64,000 nucleotides of DNA from positions 1,068-65,067 of the forward strand of contig NIVC01003823.1 of assembly GCA_002269645.1 (NCBI GenBank). The letters run 5' to 3'. The DNA is from Macrostomum lignano (lineage: Eukaryota). This document shows positions 48,007 to 58,799 of this stretch, piece after piece. Each line of letters begins with the position of its first letter. Position 1 is the first letter of the stretch. A model generated the notes under the pieces. It was given only the letters and a program-made list of their open reading frames with translations. It did no database searches and had not been told where the DNA came from. The position numbers and the translations under genes are program-made.

Positions 48007-49324
48007 CGGGCTGGTTGGTTCCAACAATGTATAAGCTTTTGCAATAAAAATATTAACCGCGCAAATCTTTTTTTCTTGTTTATTTATTGAATTGGGGGTG
48101 CTGCGCTAACACTGCGTCGGGTCAGATACGTCGGCGTCGTATATGACGTCGGAATGTTGCACGGGAATTGGGGCTACTGGATCGGTTTACTGCATGCCCG
48201 AACGAGCCTCAATCTTATCATTGAAAGCAACTTTTCAGTTAATTTATGTGTAGTTCCGTGCTTTAAAGCCTAAAAGACCCATCTAGGGCGACTGTCGGAT
48301 TTCGTAAATAAAAAACTGGGTAAAAATTTACATGTGGCCAGGTTTGTACGTTTACTTGATTGTTTTATATGTAAGTTCAATTATCACCAGCTCTTATGTT
48401 CTATTGACCAAGAAACGAATGAACTCTGATAAATACATGAACTGTAGCTACTGCATTTTGAAAGAGAGCCTCAGGACGAGGCAAAAAGCGTGCTGAAATA
48501 TCCCCACTGGATGTTATACATATGATATGCATTTGCAAGAACAAAAAGTACATTTACGCTGGTAATCAATACATACACATGTACCGGCTAAAATTAATGT
48601 ATATAACTTAAGTACCCGTCAAACAAAACAATGTCGGAGACGCCCAGGCGTTTGCCCTTTGCGCTTACATGATGAGGACGCACTTTTTCGATCTTAGAAT
48701 CGCGCCTGAATTCAAATCTTCTTCTCTCTTACTCGTAGTAGGCTAGGTTATGGTTCTTCTTTTTTTCAGCGCATCATATACTAATTTTAGGGATCGATTT
48801 TTTAGATCAACCTGTCTGGACCAACTTTTATTTATAATCTGTCACATGTTACCTATCACTTTTAGCATTAAAGGGCTTGGAGAAGTGATCATTAGTCAAC
48901 TCTTTTCTCTCAATTATTTGGTATTTATGATTGGTTATAATTCTCCAATCTGTCATTTTATAAACGCCTAGCGTGTCCCTTTCGACGTCAAGGTGTCTTG
49001 AGAGAGTTTCTCACCATTATTTATTACTTATGCCTGTTGAGTTCCCGGGCGTGCATGAGGGGCAGTCCGATGCAGAAGGTTTTTGAGTCTTGAGCTCAGC
49101 CAATCAGAGTCAAGCTTATCAGACGTACAGGACCCATTCAATCAGAAAACGGGAAAGGGCGGCAGAAAACGGGGGGGACAGCAAACAGGCGGACAAAAAG
49201 GGGGCGGGAGGCTGCCCAGCGGCAGACAGCAACCCGGAGCGAGGGCGAGGGCGAGGGAACTGCTGATGGTGGGTCGACGCCAAACACTAAACTTGCGGCT
49301 CACTAGTAACTAGTATTAGTAATG

Positions 49325-49588
49325 TAATAATAATAATTGATTACACCTGCCTATATTAGCTATTGCGCGGCGCATCTGAAGGCTGCGTACGGCTGTTCAG
49401 TCTAAGGACTGGGGGGTCGCCACACACCCTGAATTACCCCAGCTAATGCTGGCACCCATTTTACAGCTGGGTGAGCTGAAGCAATGCAGAGTTGAGTGTC
49501 TTGCTCAAGGTAACAAATTGTTCCAGTGGGATCGGGAATCGAACCCCGACCTTTAAGTCGTGAGTCCGACGCTCACCACTAGGCTACA
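49325..49588 (-). mobile_element. tRNA-derived SINE, copy 3
   Basis: Aligns with copies 1 and 2, with a small deletion before the (TTA)n tail. Confidence 0.85.
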
Positions 49589-50149
49589 ATCATTTTTGTC
49601 AATGTGGCCTTCGTCGATCACCGGCAGCGATTGGCCTCTTTCTCAGTGGCCTGCTAGCTTGGATTTGCAATTTTTCGTATTTCGTTTTCATGTGCTGAAC
49701 TTGGACAGGAGTTTAATTCAATTGCGAATGAGTTTGGTTTTCATTTTCTCTGACTCAGTTTGAAGAATTTCATGTAAATATAACTGAAGAAATCATGTAA
49801 ATATAAGTGAAGGATATGAAGTATTGCTTAAATAAGAGGAAAATATTTGTTTTACTGGTAAGCGAAAGTATAATTGGAATTTCTTGGATAAGAAAATTTT
49901 CCAAGCAAAACTTCGCATGGTACTTTTAGCAGTAAAGCATATCTGATACGAGCAAGTGGTCTTGTGCGATGCCTGTTCAGAGAAAAGGTTCTTTGAATAA
50001 AGAGATTTAAATTTTTACGTATCTGAGGTGCGTGAAGCGACAGAGACAGCGCACAGGAAGCCGACTAAGAAGAAGAGAGAATAACCAGGGACTCCTAAAG
50101 AAAGGTGCTAGCTCAAGAAGTCCTGGAATAACATAGGGATCGACACACG

Positions 50150-50350
50150 CTCGCGAAACAGGCGGAAGGGGCAAGGTCTGGGGGCTGAGACCCAGCGCCT
50201 GCAAGTCAGCCAAAAAACAGTCTGTCAGCGTCTCAGTTCGCCCTTGGCCATGGCGCTTCCGCTCTGTCGGCTGGTGCTGGAGGACCAGCGCTAACAGGAC
50301 TTGGTCGCCGAGGCCGTGACTCGGTAGGCAGTGGCCCAGCAGCGTGTGGC
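50150..50350 (-). mobile_element. RTE-like LINE 3' coding relic
   Basis: LGHCLPSH...LVLQHQPTERKRHGQGRTETLTDCFLADL resembles the GHCxR...LLWxPxxGKRxRGRP C-terminus of RTE-clade ORF2. Confidence 0.5.
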
Positions 50351-50611
50351 AAAGGGAGATCCAAACAATAAGCAAGGCTAGGAGTAAAGACAGGGGGTGT
50401 GGGTAAAAAAATTAACAAGTAGAGAAAATCGATAAACACGTAGAACAGATAAAAGAGAAAAGTTATTCAGCATAAAAAAGAATCTGAATTCCAAAAGATA
50501 CTCTGAACATTTCATCGCTCAGTAGTAAGTAAGACTTAACAGTAGTAAGATATTTTAGATATTGAATATCTAAAAAAGCAGCAAAACAGAAGTCGTGTGA
50601 TTTGAAGCCAG

Positions 50612-51916
50612 CTATTCAAGGAAGGGCCAAACCAGGAACGCGAACAAAATGGTGAAAATCGCCACACAACCCATAACGGCCATAAGCCGCTCCACGGCGG
50701 TTGAAGCTGTTTTCCAGTCCGAGCGCCTCTCGCCGTCATCGCTCGCCTTGCTCACCGCGGAGTCATCGCTGTCTCTTTCTGGCGCCGTCCTGACGCCCCC
50801 TCGTCGCTCACCGCACAGCAGCGCTCGGCCCAGGCAACACACGAACACGAACCGGAGACACGACGGCATCGGCTGAGACTCCGCAGCGAAGTGGAACCGA
50901 ATCGCCACCGCCGTGAGCAGCAGAGACGTCGTCGACAGCACCATGGCCGCCGTGATGAATGACGCCACGGCCGGCATCGACTGCGACTTGGGCAGCAGGC
51001 CGTCCAGCAGCAGCAGGAACACCGTGTAGCTCAGCATGATGGTGATGCCGAAGCTCAGCTTCTCTCCAGACTCGACTGGCACGAAGAAGACGAGCACCTG
51101 GAGCAGCGTGAGCAGCAGCAGGGGAGTAACCACGTTGAGCATGTAGTAAGTGGACACCCGCTCGATCTCCAGTTGTACCACGTAGGTCGGCAGCGGCATT
51201 TTCGGTTGTCCTTTGAAAACTTCATACTTTTTGTTGCGCACGAACGTGCTCAAGTTCAGCAGATTCCATTCGCTGTTCCTAACATAGGCCCCCACTTCAT
51301 TGAATTCCACTGATGGGCCATACTGAAGGCTGCCCTTTTTTACAGCAGGATGTCCTTTTCCCCGCCCCTGATCGTTAGCGAACAACTCCAAGTCGCAGGT
51401 GTGCCGATCGAACGGAAACCGACGCATGTCGAATTCGCAGGAGAACTCCCACTCACGCCTCCAGATGGCTGATACCACTGACTTTTCTGGTGCCACGGAT
51501 GTGATGTAGGGTGGGAACTGTGGACTCAGAAGCTGGTTTTCTCCAATGCCAGTGCACAAAAATATCACGGGGAAGTAGATTCTGCCGATCTCCCAATCTA
51601 TCACAGTGATGTTGCCAAACTCTTTAGGATCCCAGACCAGTCTTTCCTCATACCAAGTTGCAAACATCAGGGCAGTAATTTTAATGCTCTGCTTGGCGCT
51701 GTCCACACTCACAATCTGACCTATCGAGGTGGACAAGTAGACGCTCATTGACTGACTGTCCAAGGCTGGTAGCAGAGTCGGGCTGTAGTCTGTGATGTTG
51801 TTTTTCAGATACTTCAGCAAAGCCGCCTCGAAATCTTGCTTAGGCATCTTGGAGTAGCAGCTGGTCAGCTGGGTTGCGATGGCAACAAAAAGCAATAATT
51901 TTCTGAGCTGCAACAT
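50612..51916 (-). CDS. Cys-loop ligand-gated ion channel subunit with intronless CDS (nAChR/5-HT3-like, non-alpha)
   Basis: Signal peptide MLQLRKLLLFVAIATQLTSCYS (ATG at 51916), WYEERLVW, Cys-loop CEFDMRRFPFDRHTC, NSEW, ERVSTYY, SGEKLSFGITIMLSYTVF (M2), and four TM segments in one ORF. Confidence 0.92.
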   Translation of the reverse strand: MLQLRKLLLFVAIATQLTSCYSKMPKQDFEAALLKYLKNNITDYSPTLLPALDSQSMSVYLSTSIGQIVSVDSAKQSIKITALMFATWYEERLVWDPKEFGNITVIDWEIGRIYFPVIFLCTGIGENQLLSPQFPPYITSVAPEKSVVSAIWRREWEFSCEFDMRRFPFDRHTCDLELFANDQGRGKGHPAVKKGSLQYGPSVEFNEVGAYVRNSEWNLLNLSTFVRNKKYEVFKGQPKMPLPTYVVQLEIERVSTYYMLNVVTPLLLLTLLQVLVFFVPVESGEKLSFGITIMLSYTVFLLLLDGLLPKSQSMPAVASFITAAMVLSTTSLLLTAVAIRFHFAAESQPMPSCLRFVFVCCLGRALLCGERRGGVRTAPERDSDDSAVSKASDDGERRSDWKTASTAVERLMAVMGCVAIFTILFAFLVWPFLE

Positions 51917-52499
51917 TTTAGTGAAACAATTGCGGGTAGAGTCAGTCGATGCAGCTCGCGTGACAAGTATCAATTCTAAGGTAGTGAATGCCTTTAATAT
52001 TGCATTTCGACACTCAAATATACTTCTCCACAGCCAATGAAGATCGATTCAAGGTGAGTTTCTTAAGCTTAAAGGAATTCAGCGTCGCTAAAGTCTGAGC
52101 TAGAAGCACCATCACGAGCAGACTTTATTTAATGAAAGCTTTTCCCGCCGAACAGGTTCGGTAAACAAGAAGGTTCAGTGCGGAGAGGGTTAGCTTCATC
52201 GAATTTCTGGATCGCAATTCGCAAAGCTATAGTATGGACTATTTGAGGGTAAGTTGACTCTGCTAGACAATGGGAGCAGTGCGCTTTACCTTCTGCAAAT
52301 TTGAACTAGAATTCAATTCCTTTTAAGCAGTACACACATCTTTGCTGGGAGCTTTCAGTCAGCTTGAGAACCAGAAATTTTACTCTCCAAAAGCCCATTG
52401 CTGAGCCTAGTTTTACATACCTCTACCACAATGAATCTCTCTCACTTTCTCTCTTCAGTCCCAATTCTTCACTACTTCTGTTTGCCACTTCAATAGCAG

Positions 52500-52910
52500 G
52501 AAAATCCGTTGTCATGGACGCTAGCTCACGCTATTCATGGAAAGCAAGTGATATCTATTATTCATGAGGCTGAGCCCACTTAATTCTCTACAGTGAATTA
52601 GACGGAGAACAATTTCAAATTTCTTTCTGAGGCAGCGCGATGCAACCCCAAGGTACAGAGAGTGTACATGCCTGACCATTTGAAAGTCAAAGGGCCGCTG
52701 AACATCCTGTGTGAGCGCGTGTATGAGTGCATGCCTGCGCACAGCATTGGCGCCCTTGTATGTGATCAGGAGTCAGTGGAATGGACTGAATTGCCTGAGC
52801 GCTGATTGTGGGACGATGTCACTGAAATACAAAGAAATAGTCCAGTCCCACTAGTTGCGGTTGAAAGCTTCTATTGAGAAGTCACATGACAATCGAAGGA
52901 CAGAAAGAGT
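52500..52910 (+). repeat. Decayed coding-type repeat related to 7489-7675 and 1010-1097
   Basis: A stop-interrupted frame reads NFKFLSEAARCNPKVQRVYMPDHLKVKGPLNILCERVYECMPAHSIGALVCDQESVEWTELPER. DNA similarity to the other two copies is visible by eye. Confidence 0.5.
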
Positions 52911-52912
52911 AG

Positions 52913-53370
52913 TATTGGTTTTGTCAGCCTAACTGAGAATAAAGCCATCCAAAGTGAGAATCCTGCCTACGCTGACTGCGAAGGGCCTGGCTGCGTGCAG
53001 CCTTAGTCTATGGGCCATAGACTATAAAGGATAAGCAAAGTGATAAAAAGCCATCCAATGTGAGAATCTTGCCTACGCTGAATACGAAGGGCCTAGCTGC
53101 GTCCAGCCTAGTCTATGAGCCATAGACTATAAAGGATAAGCTAGGATTGGCTAGTCATATGGCTCAGAAGCTCAGAAGGTATAAAAATAAAAGAATACGA
53201 CGCATAGACCAATCGATTCTCACATTTGATGGCTTTTTATCACTTTGCTTGTCCTTTATTGTCTATGGCCCATAGACTAAGGCTGCACGCAGCCAGGCCC
53301 TTCGCAGTCAGCGTAGGCAGGATTCTCATTTTGGGTGGCTTTATTCTCAGTTAGGCTGACAAAAGCAATA
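52913..53370. mobile_element. Foldback/MITE-like element with ~175-bp arms
   Basis: ttttgtcagcctaactgagaataaagcc...gtctatgggccatagac...gtgagaatc is mirrored at 53215-53370, and one subunit is tandemly duplicated inside. Confidence 0.8.
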
Positions 53371-53994
53371 GTAAATTTGGAGGCTAACGTGACGAATCAT
53401 AAACTTTATAGAAAAACGCTTTATATGAATTTTAACCGTAGACAAAACAAATATTTACATGCAAAACAAATTTATTTAAAAGCGGCTTATCATATCTCAG
53501 CTTCTATCCATGCCAAATTTCATTACAGGTGATGTAGGCACGTCCTGGACCCCAACAAATTTTTGTGCACCCTCCCTTCCTCCTCTGTGATTTTTGCGCC
53601 CCCGTGATACTCATTGAGATGAGTCATCACGATGACTTATGCTTATCTCCCACTCCAATCCCCCGCGCACCAACCCCATCTCCTTTCTTTTGTTAGAAAC
53701 CACTCATGCGTGCGACAGTTTTAGGTCCCCTTACCTCCGCAAGCTTTTTCTTGCCTGTTACGGAATCCCCCATCTTAAATCATTTTTCTCCGCTGCGCCC
53801 AACCCCAATTTCTCGTCCAATCACAGCGCGGCTGGCGGGTGACGTCATCAGGGTTTGCTTGGTAACGGAGCTCTAGGACAAGACACGGCCTTTAATATCA
53901 CGCGGGCGGGGCGGGCGCGGGCTCTCGCGGGAATACCTCGGCGGGAAAACTTCCTGTGGGAAATCTCGTGCTCCCTTCCCCCTCTTTTGTGTTT

Positions 53995-54330
53995 GTGTTA
54001 GGGTTGGTATTAGAGTTTAGGTTTAGGGTTAGGTTCAGGGTTATAGCGTTAAGATTCGGGTTAGGGCTAGGGTTAGTTTAGCTTATAACTTAGCTCATGT
54101 AGCTTATTAAAAATGTTTATCATGGAAGCGTCATGCAAAAATAATGGAAGCGTCATGTGAAAAATCGTGGAAGCGTCATGCAAAAAATCATAGAAGCATC
54201 ATGCAAAAACTCATGGACAAAATATTTAATTTAAGGTTATGTTTAGAGTTAGGGTTAGGGCTAGGGCTATTAGAAGTTTGACAGGAGATTTTTTAAGATT
54301 TCAAGGCTACATGTAGCTTATTAAAAAAAT
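53995..54330. repeat. Degenerate (TTAGGG)-like tracts flanking short atggaagcgtcatgcaaaaa repeats
   Basis: gggttagggctagggttag at ~54058 and ~54250, with four ~20-bp repeats between. Interstitial and probably part of a non-autonomous element. Confidence 0.5.
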
Positions 54331-54518
54331 GTGCATTGCATTTCTTTGTCTCCTCAACGGGGGGCGTAGATTGCTAGTAACTAACTAAGAATACACTAAG
54401 AATAATCACAATATACTAAATCTCTAAGGTTTGACCGGTATTCCAGTCTACAGCCTGAATGCCTGAACCGATTTTTTTCAAACTTGCTTCATTCAATTGC
54501 ATAACACCACAGTGTCAC

Positions 54519-57500
54519 ACTTCCCCCTGAGTCAGTTCCCCCCTTCACAGCTGTAGTCTCTGAGGTGGGCCTCGAACCCTCAGTGGTTACCGCCGAGAAG
54601 TGCCAGGCTCGAGTCGCACACCGCTCGTAGGCTCGTAGGCTCGACGTCAGTGCCGGACGCCCCCTCGCTGGCCGTGACGGCGGGGGTTTCGGCGTCAGCG
54701 CTTCGCACGCCACTGTCACTCGGGGCGGCGCCGTCATCCGTAGCAGGCGGCGGATGGACGGTGTCAGCGGAGTCAGCGCGGGCTGCCACCAGCTGATCAG
54801 TGTGCCGGAAGTGCTGGCCACGCTCCGAGTCAACCGTGTAGTTGCGGCTGCCGGCGCCCGTGACGACGCCCTCAGCCCAGCGTGGCATGTCGCCGGCTCT
54901 CGCGCCGGCGCTGTAGTCGCGGAGGAGGACGTGATCACCCAGCTGAAACTCGCGCGCCGGTCTGCGTCCCTGCAGCTGTCGCTCCTGCCGCCGTTGAACG
55001 TCATCGGTCAGCGACGGTGCCAAGAGGTCCAGGCGGCAGCGAAGCCGACGGCCGATGAGCAGCTGACTCGGGGCAACGCCGCTGATGCTGTGTGGAGTGT
55101 TGCAAAAGCTGAGCAGCAGTCGCTGAAGCTCGACGTCGGAGTGGCCGCTCTTGAGCAGATGTCGCTTCAGGACTTGCACAAACCTCTCGGGGTCTACGAC
55201 GTTTGCCTGCGGGACGTTTGCCAGCCGACGTTTGCCTGCGGGACGTTTGCCAGCCGACATTTGCCAGCCGACGTTTGCCAGCCGACGTTTGCCAGCGGGA
55301 CGTTTGCCAGCCGAAGTTTGTCTGCCGGACGTTTGCCTGCGGGACGTTTGCCAGCCGACGTTTGCCAGCCGACGTTTGCCAGCCGACATTTGCCAGCCGA
55401 CATTTGCCAGCCGACATTTGCCAGCCGACGTTTGCCAGCGGGACGTTTGCCAGTCGGACGTTTGCCAGCCGACATTTGCCAGCCGACGTTTGCCTGCCGG
55501 ACGTTTGCCTGCCGGACGTTTGCCAGCCGACGTTTGCCAGCCGGAAGTTTGCCAGCCAAAATTTGCTAGCCAATATAGAGCCAGTTAGTGAAAAATTTGA
55601 TACTGAAACATTCGCAGTTTAGCGGTTTGACAAAAACCGTTTTTACTCCAACTTTTTGACGGTTATTTGCATATATACAAGTTTGAAAGCAAAATCTATA
55701 AATTATGAAATTTATGCAAAATCTATATAAATTATGCAATTTATATAGATTTACATCTAATATCCAGTTTAACAACGATTTTCTTTGAATGTGAAAATAT
55801 TGTTTACTTTTGACAATTGTGTATCGTTTTTCCCAGTTTGAGATGTTTGATTTTTGATGTGCGAAAGAAGACGCGCAGATTACAACGGGAATCTCCAGCG
55901 ATTAAGTTAATGAGGCAAACAAAAAGAGCTGCTGAGCGGTAATTCTGGCTCATATATTTCTCAGTTCATTGGGAGATCTAAAAGTAAGCAAATTGATTCC
56001 AATGCTGTTGTATTACTACTCAAGTAAGCAAGGAAACCGCGATCTCAACGTACATGTGTAGACGAGTCGAATGCGGTACGTTTTTATAGTAAGCTATATA
56101 GCTGAATAGCCAGACAAGCCGCCAGTAGCAAGCTAGTAGAATAGCAAGCGCTAGACACTACGTATGCAAAGCTTAGTCATGCCAAGGACTACTAAAGTAG
56201 AAGTACGCAGCACTCGAAATCTATGAAAAATGTTTTGAAGGCCATAGGGAGATAGGAAGTTTTCATCTTTTCAGCACAACAATTGTTATTGCTTTCATAC
56301 GAGGCAAACCCAATGTTCATCTTTTGATATGTTGTGCCAAAATCGTTGTTAAACTAGATATTAGACGTTAGACTGATGAACTGCATAATTTATATATTTT
56401 GCTTTCAAACTTGTATACATGCGAATAACCGTCAAAAAGTTGGAGTAAAAACGGTTTTTGTCAAACCGCTAAACTGCGAATGTTTCAGTATCAAATTTTT
56501 CACTGACTGGCTTTATATTGGCTAGCAAATTTTGGCTGGCAAACTTCCGGCAGGCAAACGTCGGCTGGCAAACGTCGGCTGGCAAACGTCCGGCAGGCAA
56601 ACGTCCGGCAGGCAAACTTCGGCTGGCAAACGTCCGGCAGGCAAACTTCGGCTGGCAAACGTCCCACTGGCAAACGTCGGCTGGCAAACTTCGGCTGGCA
56701 AATGTCGGCTGGCAAACGTCCCGCAGGCAAACGTCGGCTGGCAAACGTCCCGCAGGCAAACGTCGCTATCCCAACCTCTCGGCCTGGCCGTTGGTGGCGG
56801 CATGAAACGGCGTCGAGAACACGTGACGAATGCCGTTAGCCCAGGTGAGCTCGGCGAACTCAGCGGAGGCGAACTGCGACCCGTTGTCGGACACCACGGT
56901 GCGTGGAATGCCTTGGCGCGCGAACATCTCCCGCAGCGCCGCGATGGTGGCCGCCGACGTTGTAACGCGCATCCGCTGGACCTCCGGCCACTTGCTATGA
57001 GCATCGACCACCACAGGTACGTGTGACCGTCGACCGGACTGGCAAAGTCGCTCCCATGGCTCGGACGGCAGAGGACACGGTTGCACCGGCGCCTTGGGCG
57101 GGTCGGGCTGGTTGAGCTGACAGGTGCGGCAGGACTTGGCCACGGCTACCGGCCAAGTCCTGCCAAGGCCGAAGCCAAGGCTGGGCCACCACACGTAGCT
57201 GCGAGCCAGGGAGCGCATTCTGATGATGCCGGAATGCGCCTGATGTAACTCTTGGATCACGTGTTGACGCAGCGCGGTCGGCACGACGACCTTTGCGCCC
57301 CACAGGACACAATCTTGGTCGACCGGTTGGCCGCCGGGCGAAGTCGCTCAGGTTAGCGCCGATGGGCGCGCTGGTTTGTAAGCAGCGAAGCACCCGACCG
57401 AGTGAGGCGTCCGTCCTAGTGTGCCGCGCCACCGCCAGCGCCGTGATGGCCGACCCAGAGCCCTCGTCGAGCAGCAGTGAGTTGACGGCCGCCTCCTCCT

Positions 57501-58482
57501 CGAACAGGTGCGACAGCGGCAGCCGCGAGAGCGAGTCGCAGTTTGCATGCGTTTCGGTCGGCCTGAACTCCAGCGTATAGTCGTAGCTCGACAGCCGAAT
57601 GGCTCAGCACTGCATCCGGGCGGCCGGCCGCGTGTGCCGGGATGCCCTTGCGCTCGCCAAGCAGACCCAGCAGCGGCAGATTTGGATTGTAGTGCACGAC
57701 AACCGAGGACTCGAGCAGCAGCCGCTTGGCCTCTGCGAATGCCTGTTGCTGCGGTGGCCCCATGACCAGCGAGTGTTCTTGGCCAAGAGCTGGTGGAGCG
57801 GCGCCAGACAAGTTGGGCAGGAACTTGCAGTACTGCGCTAGCATGCCCAGAAACGAGTGCAGCTGGCTGACGTCCTTGGGTGCTGGCGCGTCCTGGACGG
57901 CGGTGACCCGATCCGGCAGCGGCTTGAGTCCGCTGGCATCGATCCGATGGCTGAGGTACTCAACAGAGTCCTCGAAGAATTTGCATTTCTCCTTGTTGAG
58001 TCGTAGGCCGGGGTCCTTAAAGCGCCGCAGGACCAGCGCCAGGTTCCTCTTGTGCTGTTCCATTGTGCTGCCGGTGACCAGAATGTCTTCGACGAAGATT
58101 TGGACGGCGTCCAGGTCTCCCAGAAGGGTGTCCAGGGTGCGTTGAAAGATCGCGCTGGCGCTCGTGATACCGAATGGGAGGCGATTGACCTGGAAGAGGC
58201 CTTTAGACGTGTTGATGGTGAGAAACGCCTTTCTGTCGTCGGCCAGCGCGGGTGCTGCAAGGTGTTGGACAGTTCGAGCTTGGTCCACTTGAAGCCGCCG
58301 CCGAGCTTGGCGAAGAGGTCCTCGATGCGAGGCAGCGGGTAGTGCTCCGGCTTGCTCGCCGTGTTGTAGGTCGTCAGCTTGTGTAGTCCCCGCAAATCCG
58401 AACGCTGCCGTCCTTCTTGACGACCGGCACGATCCGCGCAGCCCAGTCGCTGTGCTTCACGGCGGTGATGATGCCACTGGAC
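54519..58482 (-). mobile_element. Decayed Ty3/Gypsy (Mag-like) LTR retrotransposon pol: RT, RNase H, integrase
   Basis: YPLPRIEDLFAKL, RLPFGI..ASAIFQR, FVEDILV (catalytic YxDD mutated), FLGM, HQAHSGIIRMRSLARSYVWWP, VVSDNGSQF, NGQAER, NTPHS..G.APSQLLIGRRLR. Polypurine tract agggggaag abuts TGTGAC at 54519. Many frameshifts. Confidence 0.9.
55190..56772. mobile_element. Foldback/Mutator-like non-autonomous element inserted in the Gypsy integrase
   Basis: Direct duplication aacctctcg at 55181-55189 and 56773-56781. Termini GGGTCTACGACG and GGGATAGCGACG. Terminal arrays of 14-15-bp ggcaaacgtc units plus ~200-bp unique inverted arms. Removing it restores GQAERFVQVLKR. Confidence 0.9.
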
Positions 58483-58551
58483 TGAAAACTGAATTGTTTG
58501 TTTGATGTGCAGCTACATCACCAGGTCATGCATAAAAGTGCTGCTAGAGAT

Positions 58552-58799
58552 CAGAGACTACTCAATACTCGGGACGGGAAACGACAATATTTTGGAGGCC
58601 GATCTATTAATAACTTACATGTAGTCCTCGAAAAGCATCGCTTGGATAGGTTTATACCAGACACAAACTCACTGACTACAAGGTAGGGCCTAATCGAAGA
58701 ATGCTTTTCGAGGACTACGTAAGTTAATGTATTATACAAGTGTTGTAGATCGGCCTCAAAATATTTTCGTTTCCTGTCCCGAGTATTGAGTAGTCCCTG
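58552..58799. mobile_element. hAT-like MITE
   Basis: Termini cagagactactcaatactcgggac and gtcccgagtattgagtagtccctg, almost fully palindromic. Flanks ctagagat and ttagagat give an 8-bp TSD with 7/8 match. Confidence 0.8.

Noticed and set aside
5493-51916. RNF213 + CRAL-TRIO + TRPM + Cys-loop receptor as a functional lipid-sensing or immune cluster
   Set aside because: Mixed orientations, TE-filled spacers and no shared regulatory signal. Adjacency alone is not evidence without conserved synteny or co-expression.
53995-54270. Telomere or chromosome-fusion scar
   Set aside because: Short, degenerate TTAGGG-like tracts embedded in a repeat element.
55001-57026. GKRRLANV / CQPTFA repeat ORFs
   Set aside because: Translations of the foldback terminal arrays.
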